A stretch of 20,868 nucleotides of DNA from Vicugna vicugna (lineage: Eukaryota): the NCBI GenBank assembly GCA_013265495.1, contig MU058793.1, positions 649,970 through 670,837 of the forward strand, in the 5' to 3' direction. Below the pieces are notes generated by a model, which saw only the letters and a list, made by a program, of their open reading frames with translations, was not told the origin of the DNA and ran no database searches. Position numbers and translations under genes: made by a program. This document shows, in pieces, positions 9,460 to 18,753 of the stretch. How positions within the stretch are numbered: position 1 is the first letter of the stretch; each line of letters opens with the position of its first letter.

Positions 9460-10075
9460 TCTTCTGGCCCAAGATATCACTATCTCTTGCTTTAACAACA
9501 GCTCCAGCCTGCTAACTGCTCTTCTTGGTGAAGCCAAAATGAAATTCCTAAAATGTAAACCTGTCCCTGTCACCTTATGTGCACACCCTTTGATGGTTCT
9601 CGCTGTCCTCAAAGTGAAGGCTGAACTTTTTCACCAGTGATGAGGCTCCCTGCACACCTATCCAGGCACATTTCTTGAAAGTCTCCACAAGCCCTCTTTA
9701 TCCCCTAAATTTATGTTCCACTTGCACCAACTTCCTTCAGCCCCATGAGTCACATGATGCATTATCCATAATTATCCATAAATGCTATTCCTTTCCACCT
9801 GGATCACTCTTGAGTCCTCTGATAGCCTCCTGCTCGCCGATCAGAGCCAAGTGATGAAATCACTACTCCGGGAAGCCTTCTCCTGGTCGCCCGCATGTCT
9901 GAGTTAGGGGTTTTGCTCTGCGCCCTGATAGCCACAGTCTCCTTAGCATGACCCTAATCACACCGCATTGTGTCTGTTTAACTCCTCCCCGCCTCCAATA
10001 TTTTAAGTTCTGTGAAGGAAGAGCCCATGTGAGTCTTGTTCTCCACTGGCTCCCAAGAGCTAGCACAGTTCTTCT
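9460..10075 (+). mobile_element. L2 LINE 3' region
   Basis: 'tatctcttgc...cagcctgctaactgctct', 'cctaaaatgtaaacctg', 'aatgctattcctttccacctgg', 'tcactactccgggaagccttctc' and 'aagttctgtgaaggaagagcccatgt...gctagcacagt' occur in L2 consensus order. Confidence 0.8.
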
Positions 10076-11209
10076 TGGAAATAAAATAGTACATGAGGGC
10101 CAGCTAAATCATTGAACCACGTTGCTGCACTGCAAGAGTCTCTGGCCAATGAGCTAGATCCTCCCCAGAAAGAAGATGATACTGGCATCGCATTGACTGA
10201 TTCCAAGCTTCCTCATTGAAGTTGTCCCCAATCAGATATGAATCAAAAAATATAATCACAAATAGAAATCTAGTGCAAACTAGAGAGCCCCCAGTGAGAC
10301 AGAGACCAGAGTTCTGCCTATTCGTATCCAGGAAGAAATTAAAGGGAGGCCAAGGAAATGGGGGGAGGGGGAAGAAGGGTTTCAGCACTTCCCCACATGA
10401 AGCCAGCTTTGACATCAGAATGCCCAATAAAAGCACAGCTGCCTTCCTCCCCTCCCCCCAAGTTACGATGAACCCCCTGCATCAGGATTCCATTTCCCCC
10501 TTTTGGAATTATTTATGGGGCATTGGGCTTAAATAAAGATTTGACCCTTTTGGAGAAAAACATTATATGTTCTCCCCAATTTTTAAAAAAAAATTTGGTA
10601 TACTATTTCTGTTTTGAAGAAATATTCTGGTCTGTGAGTAATAGGTAAGTTTTCTTTCCTGGTTATATCATACTAAAGCTTATTCAGATGTGATAACGTT
10701 TTTGCTGCTGTATCTTGGCAACATGATTTATTCTGCAAATGCTCAGTGTTACCGTCTCACAAAGCTGTACCATCTGGGTTGAATTAATAGGCTACCCAGA
10801 GAAATAAATGAGAATGGTCTCCCATAATTAACATGTAGGTAAAGTATATTTAACAGATTATTATAATTAATATGTCAGTTACTGATTTCATGCTAAATAG
10901 AATTGTGAACACAAGATATTAAGATTAGTTACCCTCTCTGTGTGCGCCTTGGAAAAAAATGCAATGGGGAAAGAAATGAGGGCACAGAGTCCAGTATCAA
11001 TAGAATTGACCTTAACATTAAGAACATCAGATACCAAAACTCTAAGCAAACAGTGACAATGTCAGGCATTATAAGCTGGGAGCAGCAAATTACTGGTTTC
11101 ATAAATTCAGAGTTTATACCAGAGATGTCCAGAATATCCCAGATGTGACCTGCAAAAGCACAAGAATGTGCTTAATTTATACACAGCTGAAGGCGGCTAT
11201 CTAAAGGAA

Positions 11210-11230
11210 GGGGGTGGGGGTGGGGGAGGG
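11210..11230 (+). other. Predicted G-quadruplex G5-T-G5-T-G5-A-G3
   Basis: GGGGGTGGGGGTGGGGGAGGG has four G-tracts with single-base loops. Confidence 0.65.
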
Positions 11231-11820
11231 AGACAAAGGAAGAAGCCAGATTTGCTCCTAATGCCAGTCTGCCTTCCCTGCTGCTCAGTACTGTATGCAA
11301 AATGCCAGTTTGAGTGAGAAAACTCACAAAGGGGACCTAGAGGTGATGGGAACTCAGGGGGCATCGGCGTGTGTGCTGGATCCGCTTGGGGAGTGGAGAG
11401 GGTTTTTGTCAACTGGCATGAATAGCAATAGACAGGTCCCGGGAACAAGGCAGCGGGGGCTGGTAGGGGAGACAGAAGATGACCCACCGTCCTTTAACGT
11501 GCCTTTCACAACAAATTCCTCTATCAAGATTATTACGTTCCATGTCTTTCAAAGCTTCTGGGAAAAGGAGAGATTCATCTTAGCAGAGATTCTCATGGGA
11601 CGCTAAGCAGAACTGTTAACTCACCCAGCCACGAAAGCCACCCTACTTCACACGGGTTCATCCGGTTTTCCCATAATGGATGCTGTGTGTGCTTTATACC
11701 ACAGTGATCCAACAATAATTTTTAGATGTGTGTTTGTGTGTGCTTATATGTGTGTAATTGAAGCAAGAATAGCAATTTGCTTTCATCACTCTGGATCTTC
11801 CTAGACATTGAAAGGAGGAT

Positions 11821-11854
11821 TTTTTGTTTTTTGGGTTTTTGTTTGTTTGTTTTT
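11821..11854. repeat. Imperfect (TTTG)n low-complexity tract
   Basis: tttttgttttttgggtttttgtttgtttgttttt. Confidence 0.6.
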
Positions 11855-12394
11855 CTGAACAGACCCGTTATCCCTCACTCCTCGCCACTAACCAGTGATC
11901 AGACACTCTTTGAGGGTTTCCTTCCTTTCTCACTGATTTTGAGCCTCTAGGCTTGAATTAAAATTATAATTCCGGTTCCACTGGCATGTCCAAGTTGTGC
12001 CTTCACTGGCCTCCAAGGAGAGGCCACATATCTGGGGAAGCTTCTCCAGGGCTGTATCACGTCTCCCATCTCCGCACAGCTGAGAGCAGTGCAGAGCACC
12101 CTACCCACAGAATGTCTGCTTCCAGGGCTCTCTAATTGATGAACAAATAGATTCAGGAATCCTCCAAGCTGAGCCTTCCTTAGGGAGTCTCTGAGGATGG
12201 AGTGTGGCACATTTCCAAAATAACCAGGCCATCAGAGAAATGGCAAATAGAGTCAAACGGAATATATCTCCCAAGAATGTATCTGTTTAGCCTTTAGGAA
12301 CAGAAAGAAAAGAAGCTTCTGTATGACCCTTTTTCTCAATAGTACAAAGGAGGGAGCAACTATTGTCTCAGCCAGAGGTGGGAGGGGGGTGGTG

Positions 12395-12830
12395 GTCATC
12401 AGAAAGAGGAACAATCAGGTTAGTTCAAGAAAAAACAGATTTATTAGAATGATTCAGAGAAGGTTCAGGGAATCTAAGAACAGGAGGTGTTCCTGATCTC
12501 AGGAGGGAGTCCTGACACATGGGGAACTACCTTCCCCAGCACTCTGTCTCTTTCTGGAACATCACTGTTCTCATCTCTGCTTCTTTCCTTCTACCTGTCT
12601 CCTTCTCTCTTTCTCTGCAATGTCACCTTCTCTGTTCCATTTGTACATGGGCCAGAGCATGTTTTCACCTTTTAAATTCTTCCCAGTTAAGTTTGACCTG
12701 AATCCTGATGCTACAACTCCAACTCCCCAGAAGAGAATCTGATTGGCTGAGATTGAGTCAGGTGTTCAATACTAGTCCAATCAGCTGTGCCAGGAGCAAA
12801 GTGGTCCAAGTGGTCCCCTCAGCAAGAGTG
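12395..12830 (-). mobile_element. ERVL-MaLR solo LTR (old MLT1 type)
   Basis: Contains 'ttcaagaaaaaacagatttattag' (antisense poly(A) signal region), a pyrimidine-rich middle, and 'agagaatctgattggctgagattgagtcaggtgttcaatactagtccaatcagctgtgccagg'. Confidence 0.65.
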
Positions 12831-13099
12831 GAGGAAACAGTGAGAGGGAGGAAGGGAGAGACGGAGGCAAGAGAATTGACAGACATCCCTGGAACTAATT
12901 CTCTATTCCAATACCCTGCTGACTCACCATCGCGGTGTGGCATCTGATTTGCTTTTTTCAAGCAAAGTTTGTCTTCACTCCACCTTGGGTTGGTTAGTTC
13001 TGGTTTCTAAAACACCTTTTCAAATGCACTTTTCATTCAAGATGTGTCCAGTATGGAAGTCCAAAATTTCTAGAAGAGGGTTTAACTCTCTGTAATGTT

Positions 13100-13230
13100 G
13101 TTAGAGCCACCATGAGTAAGGGGCCATGTATGTTTTTGGTGATCTGTTATATCCCTGATTCCTGTCATAGTGCTTGGTTCACAGTAGATACTCAAAAAGT
13201 ATTTGTTAAAAGAATGAACCAATTAATGAG
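13100..13230 (+). mobile_element. L2 LINE 3' terminal fragment
   Basis: 'tatatccctgattcctgtcatagtgcttggttcacagtagatactcaaaaagtatttgttaaaagaatgaa' matches the L2 3' end. Confidence 0.8.
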
Positions 13231-13679
13231 GTTTTGTCAAAGGCTGTAAGCCTTGAGCATCAGTGTCTTAAGCAGCTTCTTAAGGATCCTCCTTGCAATC
13301 AGCAGACAGTGGCTACAGGATGTTTCAGATTTTAGCCATGGGCATCACTGAGGTTACCACCAGTCACTATTCGGTTGGTTGGTTCCCAAGCTCCAGCTGA
13401 GTCTGCAGGTGAGAAGCACATGTTCAGAGGGGAGATGTGCACAGCTTGGGAAGCTCGCTCCAAATCTGCCACAACACACATAAGCCCTGGACCGCTCAAG
13501 GGAAGACAGGACTCAGATGAAGAGGCTCCAATGGGAGTGTGACAACCAGAGCAACCAAGAAGGCATGCTGTCCCTGTGCCTGAATGTTCCTAAGCATAGG
13601 AAATAGAGCTAAACCTAGCAAGCTCTATGATATTCCATGGGAATCCCTTTAATAATGCCAAAATGGCCTCTCATGCATT

Positions 13680-13822
13680 TACTTTAAAATACAGAAGCAT
13701 GTTTGACCCTGCAAGTCTGCTTCTAAGGATCCATTCTATAGAACGATCCAGCCATGTGAGCTGAGATACATAAATAAGCGTATTCACTGCAGCAGAGTTT
13801 AAAATAATGATTTAGAAAGTGG
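13680..13822 (+). mobile_element. Old LINE-1 (L1ME/L1MC-like) ORF2 3' fragment
   Basis: 'tttgaccctgcaagtctgcttctaaggatccattcta...tattcactgcagcagagtttaaaataat' resembles the DPAIPLLGIYP...FIAALF-coding region of L1 ORF2. Confidence 0.65.
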
Positions 13823-13864
13823 TGCGTGTCCTGTGTTGTTGACATGAACAAGTCCAGGAGTGCA

Positions 13865-14300
13865 TCTAATTTCAAGCAGGACTGTAGTCAGGTACCCAAA
13901 TACTGTCATCAGAAATGGTTCTCCATCTCTTAACTATACTTTATCCTGGGTTGGCTTCAATTTCAGGTAATCATTTTGCAAAAATGAAGCTCAGCAGCTC
14001 CAAGGTAATAACCTCAGCAAGAAAGAGATCTCCTCTTCCCCACCAGCTCCAGCCAAGCTCCAAGATCTACTCCAGTTGGCCCACCTTGGTCACTCGTCTG
14101 CCTCTGGTTGAATTGCCATCGTCAGCGAGATGGAAAGCTCTCCTTGGTTAGTCCTGGTCCTGCCTCTGGATCTAGAGGATGGACTCCCCCACACAGGGCC
14201 CCACGGATTAAGAAGGGATGAAGGATAGTTTCCCAGAGAATATAGGTGTTGTTACCAAAAAAAAAGAGGAATGGATATTGGATTGGACAACTGTTTGCTA
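13865..14300 (-). mobile_element. ERVL-MaLR LTR (MLT1J/K-like)
   Basis: Contains 'tgtcatcagaaatggttctccatctc...gttggcttcaatttcagg...cagcagctccaagg' and 'tttcccagagaatataggtgttgttaccaaaaaaaagaggaatggatattgg'. Confidence 0.72.
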
Positions 14301-15106
14301 CCCTGTTACCAGTCATCTCAAAGATGCAGCCTCTGTGTTGGTGTAGCCAAAACACAAAAGCCAAATCTTTTCTGATGCAAACAGCCTCGCCCAGTCCTGA
14401 TTCTGCAGTACCACTCCACCAGTTCAGGCAAAAGACTTCCAAAACGAGGGATGGCTGCCATCTTCTCTGATGGATAAGCCACGCAGACACGGCTTCTGCT
14501 ACTTACTGTCTTCTCAGTAGTTCTCACTGTGGTTTTCAAGGCTCATATTAGCCCGTCAGAAGGAAAGGATTAACAAGTATTTTGATTTCTGTTGAAAACA
14601 CGTTGTTTCAGAAATAAAGTTGGCATGGCAGGCATCTTGGTTGATTTAATCTCTGACACAGGAAGCTTATTTATAGCATCACAGCCTTCTGAATGTTTAA
14701 AAACTCAAGCATTATAAGCCTGCTGTGCTTTTCCTGCGAAGTATGGAACGGCACTAAATGAATAATGACACCTGGGCCAACAGCACAGGCACGCTCCAGA
14801 ATCAAACACAGCTTTCATCTTCTCCTGCTTATGTGTGAACTCCCTTCTGCTCAGGCTGGATCCATCCTGCAGGGTGTTTCCTGGGCCACTGGTCCACATC
14901 CTGGAAATGGAAGACCTGAAGGAAACAGGCAGGTCTCTAGCCCCCTTTGCCAATCTGCCTTCCCTCTCTCTTTCAAATCCTCTCCTGGATGACCAGAGAT
15001 GTCTCTGAATTGGATAAGCTTCTCTGTGCTGAATCTTCCCCCCAAGAACATCCTCTCTTTTCCGACAGCAGTCCCATTCCACCAGGCAAATGTCAAGAAT
15101 ATTTTT

Positions 15107-16260
15107 GAGGAGGCCAAGATGGCGGAGTAGTAGGACGCAGGTAGCTCACCCTCTCCCACAGATACACCAAGACTCACATCCACAGACCCACTCAGCCAAC
15201 CAGAGCACCTGCGGAACTCCGACAGAACATTGTCCTCTTCAAAAGACAAAGACGCCAAAAATCTAGTAGGAGAAAGGAAAAAAAGAAAGACGAAAAGGCA
15301 AGCCAGTGCGGGACCAGTCCCGCGGGGAGGGAGTGGCAAAGGAAGACTGGAGCTCGTTCACTGGGTCTCCCCCTCTCCAATGGGGAGGCCAGCGGGACGG
15401 AGCGGGAGTCTCCGAGGCTCGGATCTGTACGGAACAGCCCTTGACCTACAGAACTAAGTTAAACGGGCACAGCAGGTCCCTGCAACACCCAGCCCCAGAC
15501 CCGAGCTGGGAGCTGGGGGCTAGGACAGGAGGCCTGAGCCGGGCAGAGGACTGGGGCGGCTGCGCTGCGGCAGCCCCAGGGAGCTGTGCAACATGGATGA
15601 GCGGGTGCACAGGGCAGAACAACCTGGGCCCTCCATAAAACAGCACGGCTGATGTGCCCTGGGGGAATGGTGCATACCCTCATCTCTGAAAACTCACAGA
15701 AGGTTTTCGCCAAGGAGAGGCGAGGCTCAGGCGAGGCCACCATATCCTGTGGCACTTGGCATCCAGGTGGGGGCGGGGGCGAAACCTGAATCCGAGCCTG
15801 GGGGCTCCACAGCCTCAAAGGCCAGACAGTGACTTGCTCGCAGCCCGAGTCAGATAGGATTCCTCCGCCCCGGTGCCTTGCAAAGTTTGTGCCACCAGGA
15901 CAAACAAGGAGCTGAGTTTGGACACAGAACAGGGGCGGGGCTGTTCCTGTCTTCCCCGGGCCACCTGCAGAGCACCTACCGGGCACGGAGCACGTGGTGG
16001 CGGGGAGCACGCAGCAGCGGGGTGCTAGCGGCCGCCAGGAGCTGCGGAGCGACCCGCACCAGGAGAGAGCGGGTGGCCCCCCGCCTTTCTGGCAGGAACA
16101 CTTTGCTGGGAGGGGGCACGATCTGCTTGCTGACAGGCACTGGGAGCAGCACAGATGAGGGCACCAACAGAGGGCCTCTAGAAACAGCAAGCTGAGTTCG
16201 GGAAACAGGGCGAAGACACAAAGACATTAAGAGCACACAGTCTCCACAGAACACCCCCTC
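15107..16260 (+). promoter_or_regulatory. L1 internal promoter / CpG-rich 5' UTR with YY1 site CAAGATGGCGG at 15115-15125
   Basis: The YY1 consensus lies a few bases inside the element end, as in characterised L1 promoters. GC and CpG density are visibly higher than in the flank, with GC boxes near 15770 and 15932. Confidence 0.85.
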
Positions 16261-16284
16261 CCCCCCTTTTTTTCTTAATCTGTT

Positions 16285-17360
16285 TTTACATGTTGTATTT
16301 TCTATTACTTTTAATTTTTACTTTTCAAACAATTATATGTCCACCCAGTTTTAATCCCTTTAAAATTTTTCTTTTAAAATAATATTATTATTATTTTTAA
16401 AAAATCCACATCATGTCATTTTCTCTCTCTTGGTTATTGATTATACACAGGTTTCAAATATATTTTTATTCCTCTTTTCTCCTCTTTTAAAGGTTTTTAA
16501 GAGATGTCTCGACCCGATTGCTATTCTGCTTCAACTTGCTCTTCAATTATTCATTATACACTGTTTTCAAACCTTTTTCCCCCTTCCCTTTTTCAAAATT
16601 CTCTCTTTATCATATCTTTTTTATCTGTTTTATTTTTATTACCTTTTTAATTTCTACTTTCTAAACAATTGTATATGCTTCTAGTTTTAATTCATTTTAA
16701 ATTTTTCTTTCTAAACATTATATATGCTTCTAGTTTTAATTCCTTTTAAATTTTTCTTTTAAAGTAGTTATATTATTACTTGTCTAAAAATCCACCCAAT
16801 TTCATTTTCATTTCTTTTGAGTTTGGTCTCCTTTTATTATTATAAATAGGTTTCAAATACCATTTTTGGATCTTTTTTCCTTTTTGTTTTTAAGGGTTTT
16901 TAAAAAGATGTCTCAACTTGAATGCTAGTCTGATTCAAATTGCTCTTCTATAATTGATTAGACACTGTTTTCAAACCTTTTTTTACTCCCTTTTCTAAAA
17001 ATTCTCTTTGTTTTATCTTTTTTATCTGTTCTATTTTCTATTACTTTTAATTTCTACTTTCTAAATAACTGTATATGCTTCTTGTTTTAATTCCTTTTTA
17101 AATTTTTCTTTTAAAGTAGTTATTACTATTTTTTTAAATCCACCTGATTTCATTTTCCTTTCTTTGGGGTTTGATCTCCTGTTATTGATTATAAATAGGT
17201 TTCAAATATCATTTTTTGATCTTTTTTCCTTTTTTTAAAGAGTTTTTAGAAAAGACGTCTCAACTCGAATGCTAGTCTGATTCAAATTGTGCTTCTATAA
17301 TTGATTATACATTGTTTTCAAACCTATTTTCTCCCTTCTTTTAAAATTCTCTTTCTCTCT
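16285..17360 (+). repeat. Three tandem AT-rich units of about 335-400 bp inside the L1 5' UTR; unit 2 has an internal 50-bp duplication
   Basis: The anchor GAYGTCTC occurs at 16503, 16907 and 17254. 'tgttttcaaacct' and 'aggtttcaaata' each recur three times. 'ctaaaca...tatatgcttctagttttaattc' occurs at 16661 and 16711. Confidence 0.92.
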
Positions 17361-17485
17361 CTCCGTTTTTTTTTAAAGTTTTATTCCTACATAGGCATTA
17401 GATAGATAAATAAATAAACTCCTTTAAGGACCACAATACATAACTGATACTCCATAAGCCACAGTGCCAGAGAGATATCAGCAAG

Positions 17486-18377
17486 ATGAAGAAGCAGAGA
17501 AACCATTCCCAATTAAAAGAACAAGAGAAATCCCCTGAAAGCACGATCAAGGAAATAAGACATTGATAGCCTACTAGATCAAGATTTCAAAAAAGGAGTC
17601 ATCAAAGTATTGAAGGAACTAAAAGAGATAGTGTTTAGAGATATAAAATATGTCAAAAATGAAGGAGAAGCTATAGAGAAGAACCAAGTAGAATTGGTAA
17701 ACTCATTGGCTGAGATGAGAACAGATCTAAAGGCTGTGTAAAGCAGACTAGATAATGCAGAGGAACGAATTAGTGACCTAGAAGACAGGACAACAGAAAG
17801 CACCCAATCAGAACAACTGCAAGATAAACAAATAAAAATAAATGAAAGCAACATAAGGGACCTATGGGATAATATAAAGCATGTCAATCTTTGCATAATA
17901 GGGGTCCCAGAAGGGGAAGAAAGAACAAAGGGGATTGAAAAGGTTTTTGAAGAAATCATGACTGAAAACTTCCCAAACCTAAAGAAGGAATCAGATATCC
18001 AAGTACAGGAAGTTCAAAGGGTCCCAAACAGGAAGAACCCAAACAGACCCACACCAAGACATATCATAATCAAGATGGCCAGAGTCAAGGATAAAGAAAG
18101 GATCCTAAACGCAGCAAGAGAAAAACAAAGAGTGACTTACAAGGAACCCCCATAAGGCTCTCTGCTGATTTCTCTACACAAACACTACAGGCCAGAAGGG
18201 AGTGACAAGATACATTCAAAGTCCTGAATGAAAAAAAGATGCAGCCTAGGATACTCTATCCAGCAAGGCTATCCTTTAGGATAGAAGGAGAGATAAAGAA
18301 CTTCACAGACAAGCAAAAACTAAGAGTTTAGTAATACTAATCCCATGCTAGAAGAAATATTGACAGGTCTACTCTAA
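17486..18377 (+). pseudogene. ORF1: LINE-1 ORF1p (coiled coil, RRM, CTD), disrupted
   Basis: Translates MKKQRNHSQLKEQEKSP...LWDNIKHVNLCIIGVPEGEE...ENFPNL...PTPRHIIIKM...AAREK...IRLSADFS...YPARLSF...GLL*. Frameshifts near 17557, 18143 and 18322; premature stops at 17739 (TAA) and 18203 (TGA). Confidence 0.93.
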
Positions 18378-18753
18378 ATAGAAAAGAAGCAGGATGCTAC
18401 AGAAATGAGAAACTCATAACTGAGAAAGGTGATAACTCATGAATTACAAATAAAATAAACATGAAATTGTAAAAGAAGACACCTAAATCATTAAGAGTGG
18501 GAGAAGGAAGCAAGAAAATATAGAATTTTTTTTCTTTCTTTTTAAAATTTTTTGTTTTCAGCAGGATGGGTTTGAGATATAGTAATGGGCTAATAGACTT
18601 ACAGAAAAGGGTACCCACAAGCCAAACACTTACAAGGGAGTCACAAAGACTAAATAAAATCCATGATAATACACAGGAAAACTACCAAACCACAAAAGGA
18701 AGAAGAAAGGAGCAAAGAGGAAATACCAAATCAACTGCAAAGATAAGTTCAAA

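Noticed and set aside
9761..9780. 10-bp tandem duplication ATTATCCATA x2
   Set aside because: An ordinary slippage duplication inside an L2 fragment.
65..15082. Remaining short ORFs of about 60-125 aa in the track
   Set aside because: They have no recognisable domains, many have non-ATG starts, many overlap decayed repeats, and no consistent exon chain emerges.
14851..15339. 162-aa minus-strand ORF running from the L1 5' UTR into the flank
   Set aside because: TTG start, crosses an insertion junction, and has no recognisable domain.
15459..16190. 243-aa antisense ORF in the L1 5' UTR (possible analogue of primate ORF0)
   Set aside because: It starts at TTG, lies in GC-rich stop-poor sequence and resembles no protein I recognise. 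It would need conservation across family copies to be credible.
16285..17360. Tandem array as a CRISPR-like or independent satellite locus
   Set aside because: There is no repeat-spacer structure. The units are long, diverged and embedded between the L1 promoter and ORF1.
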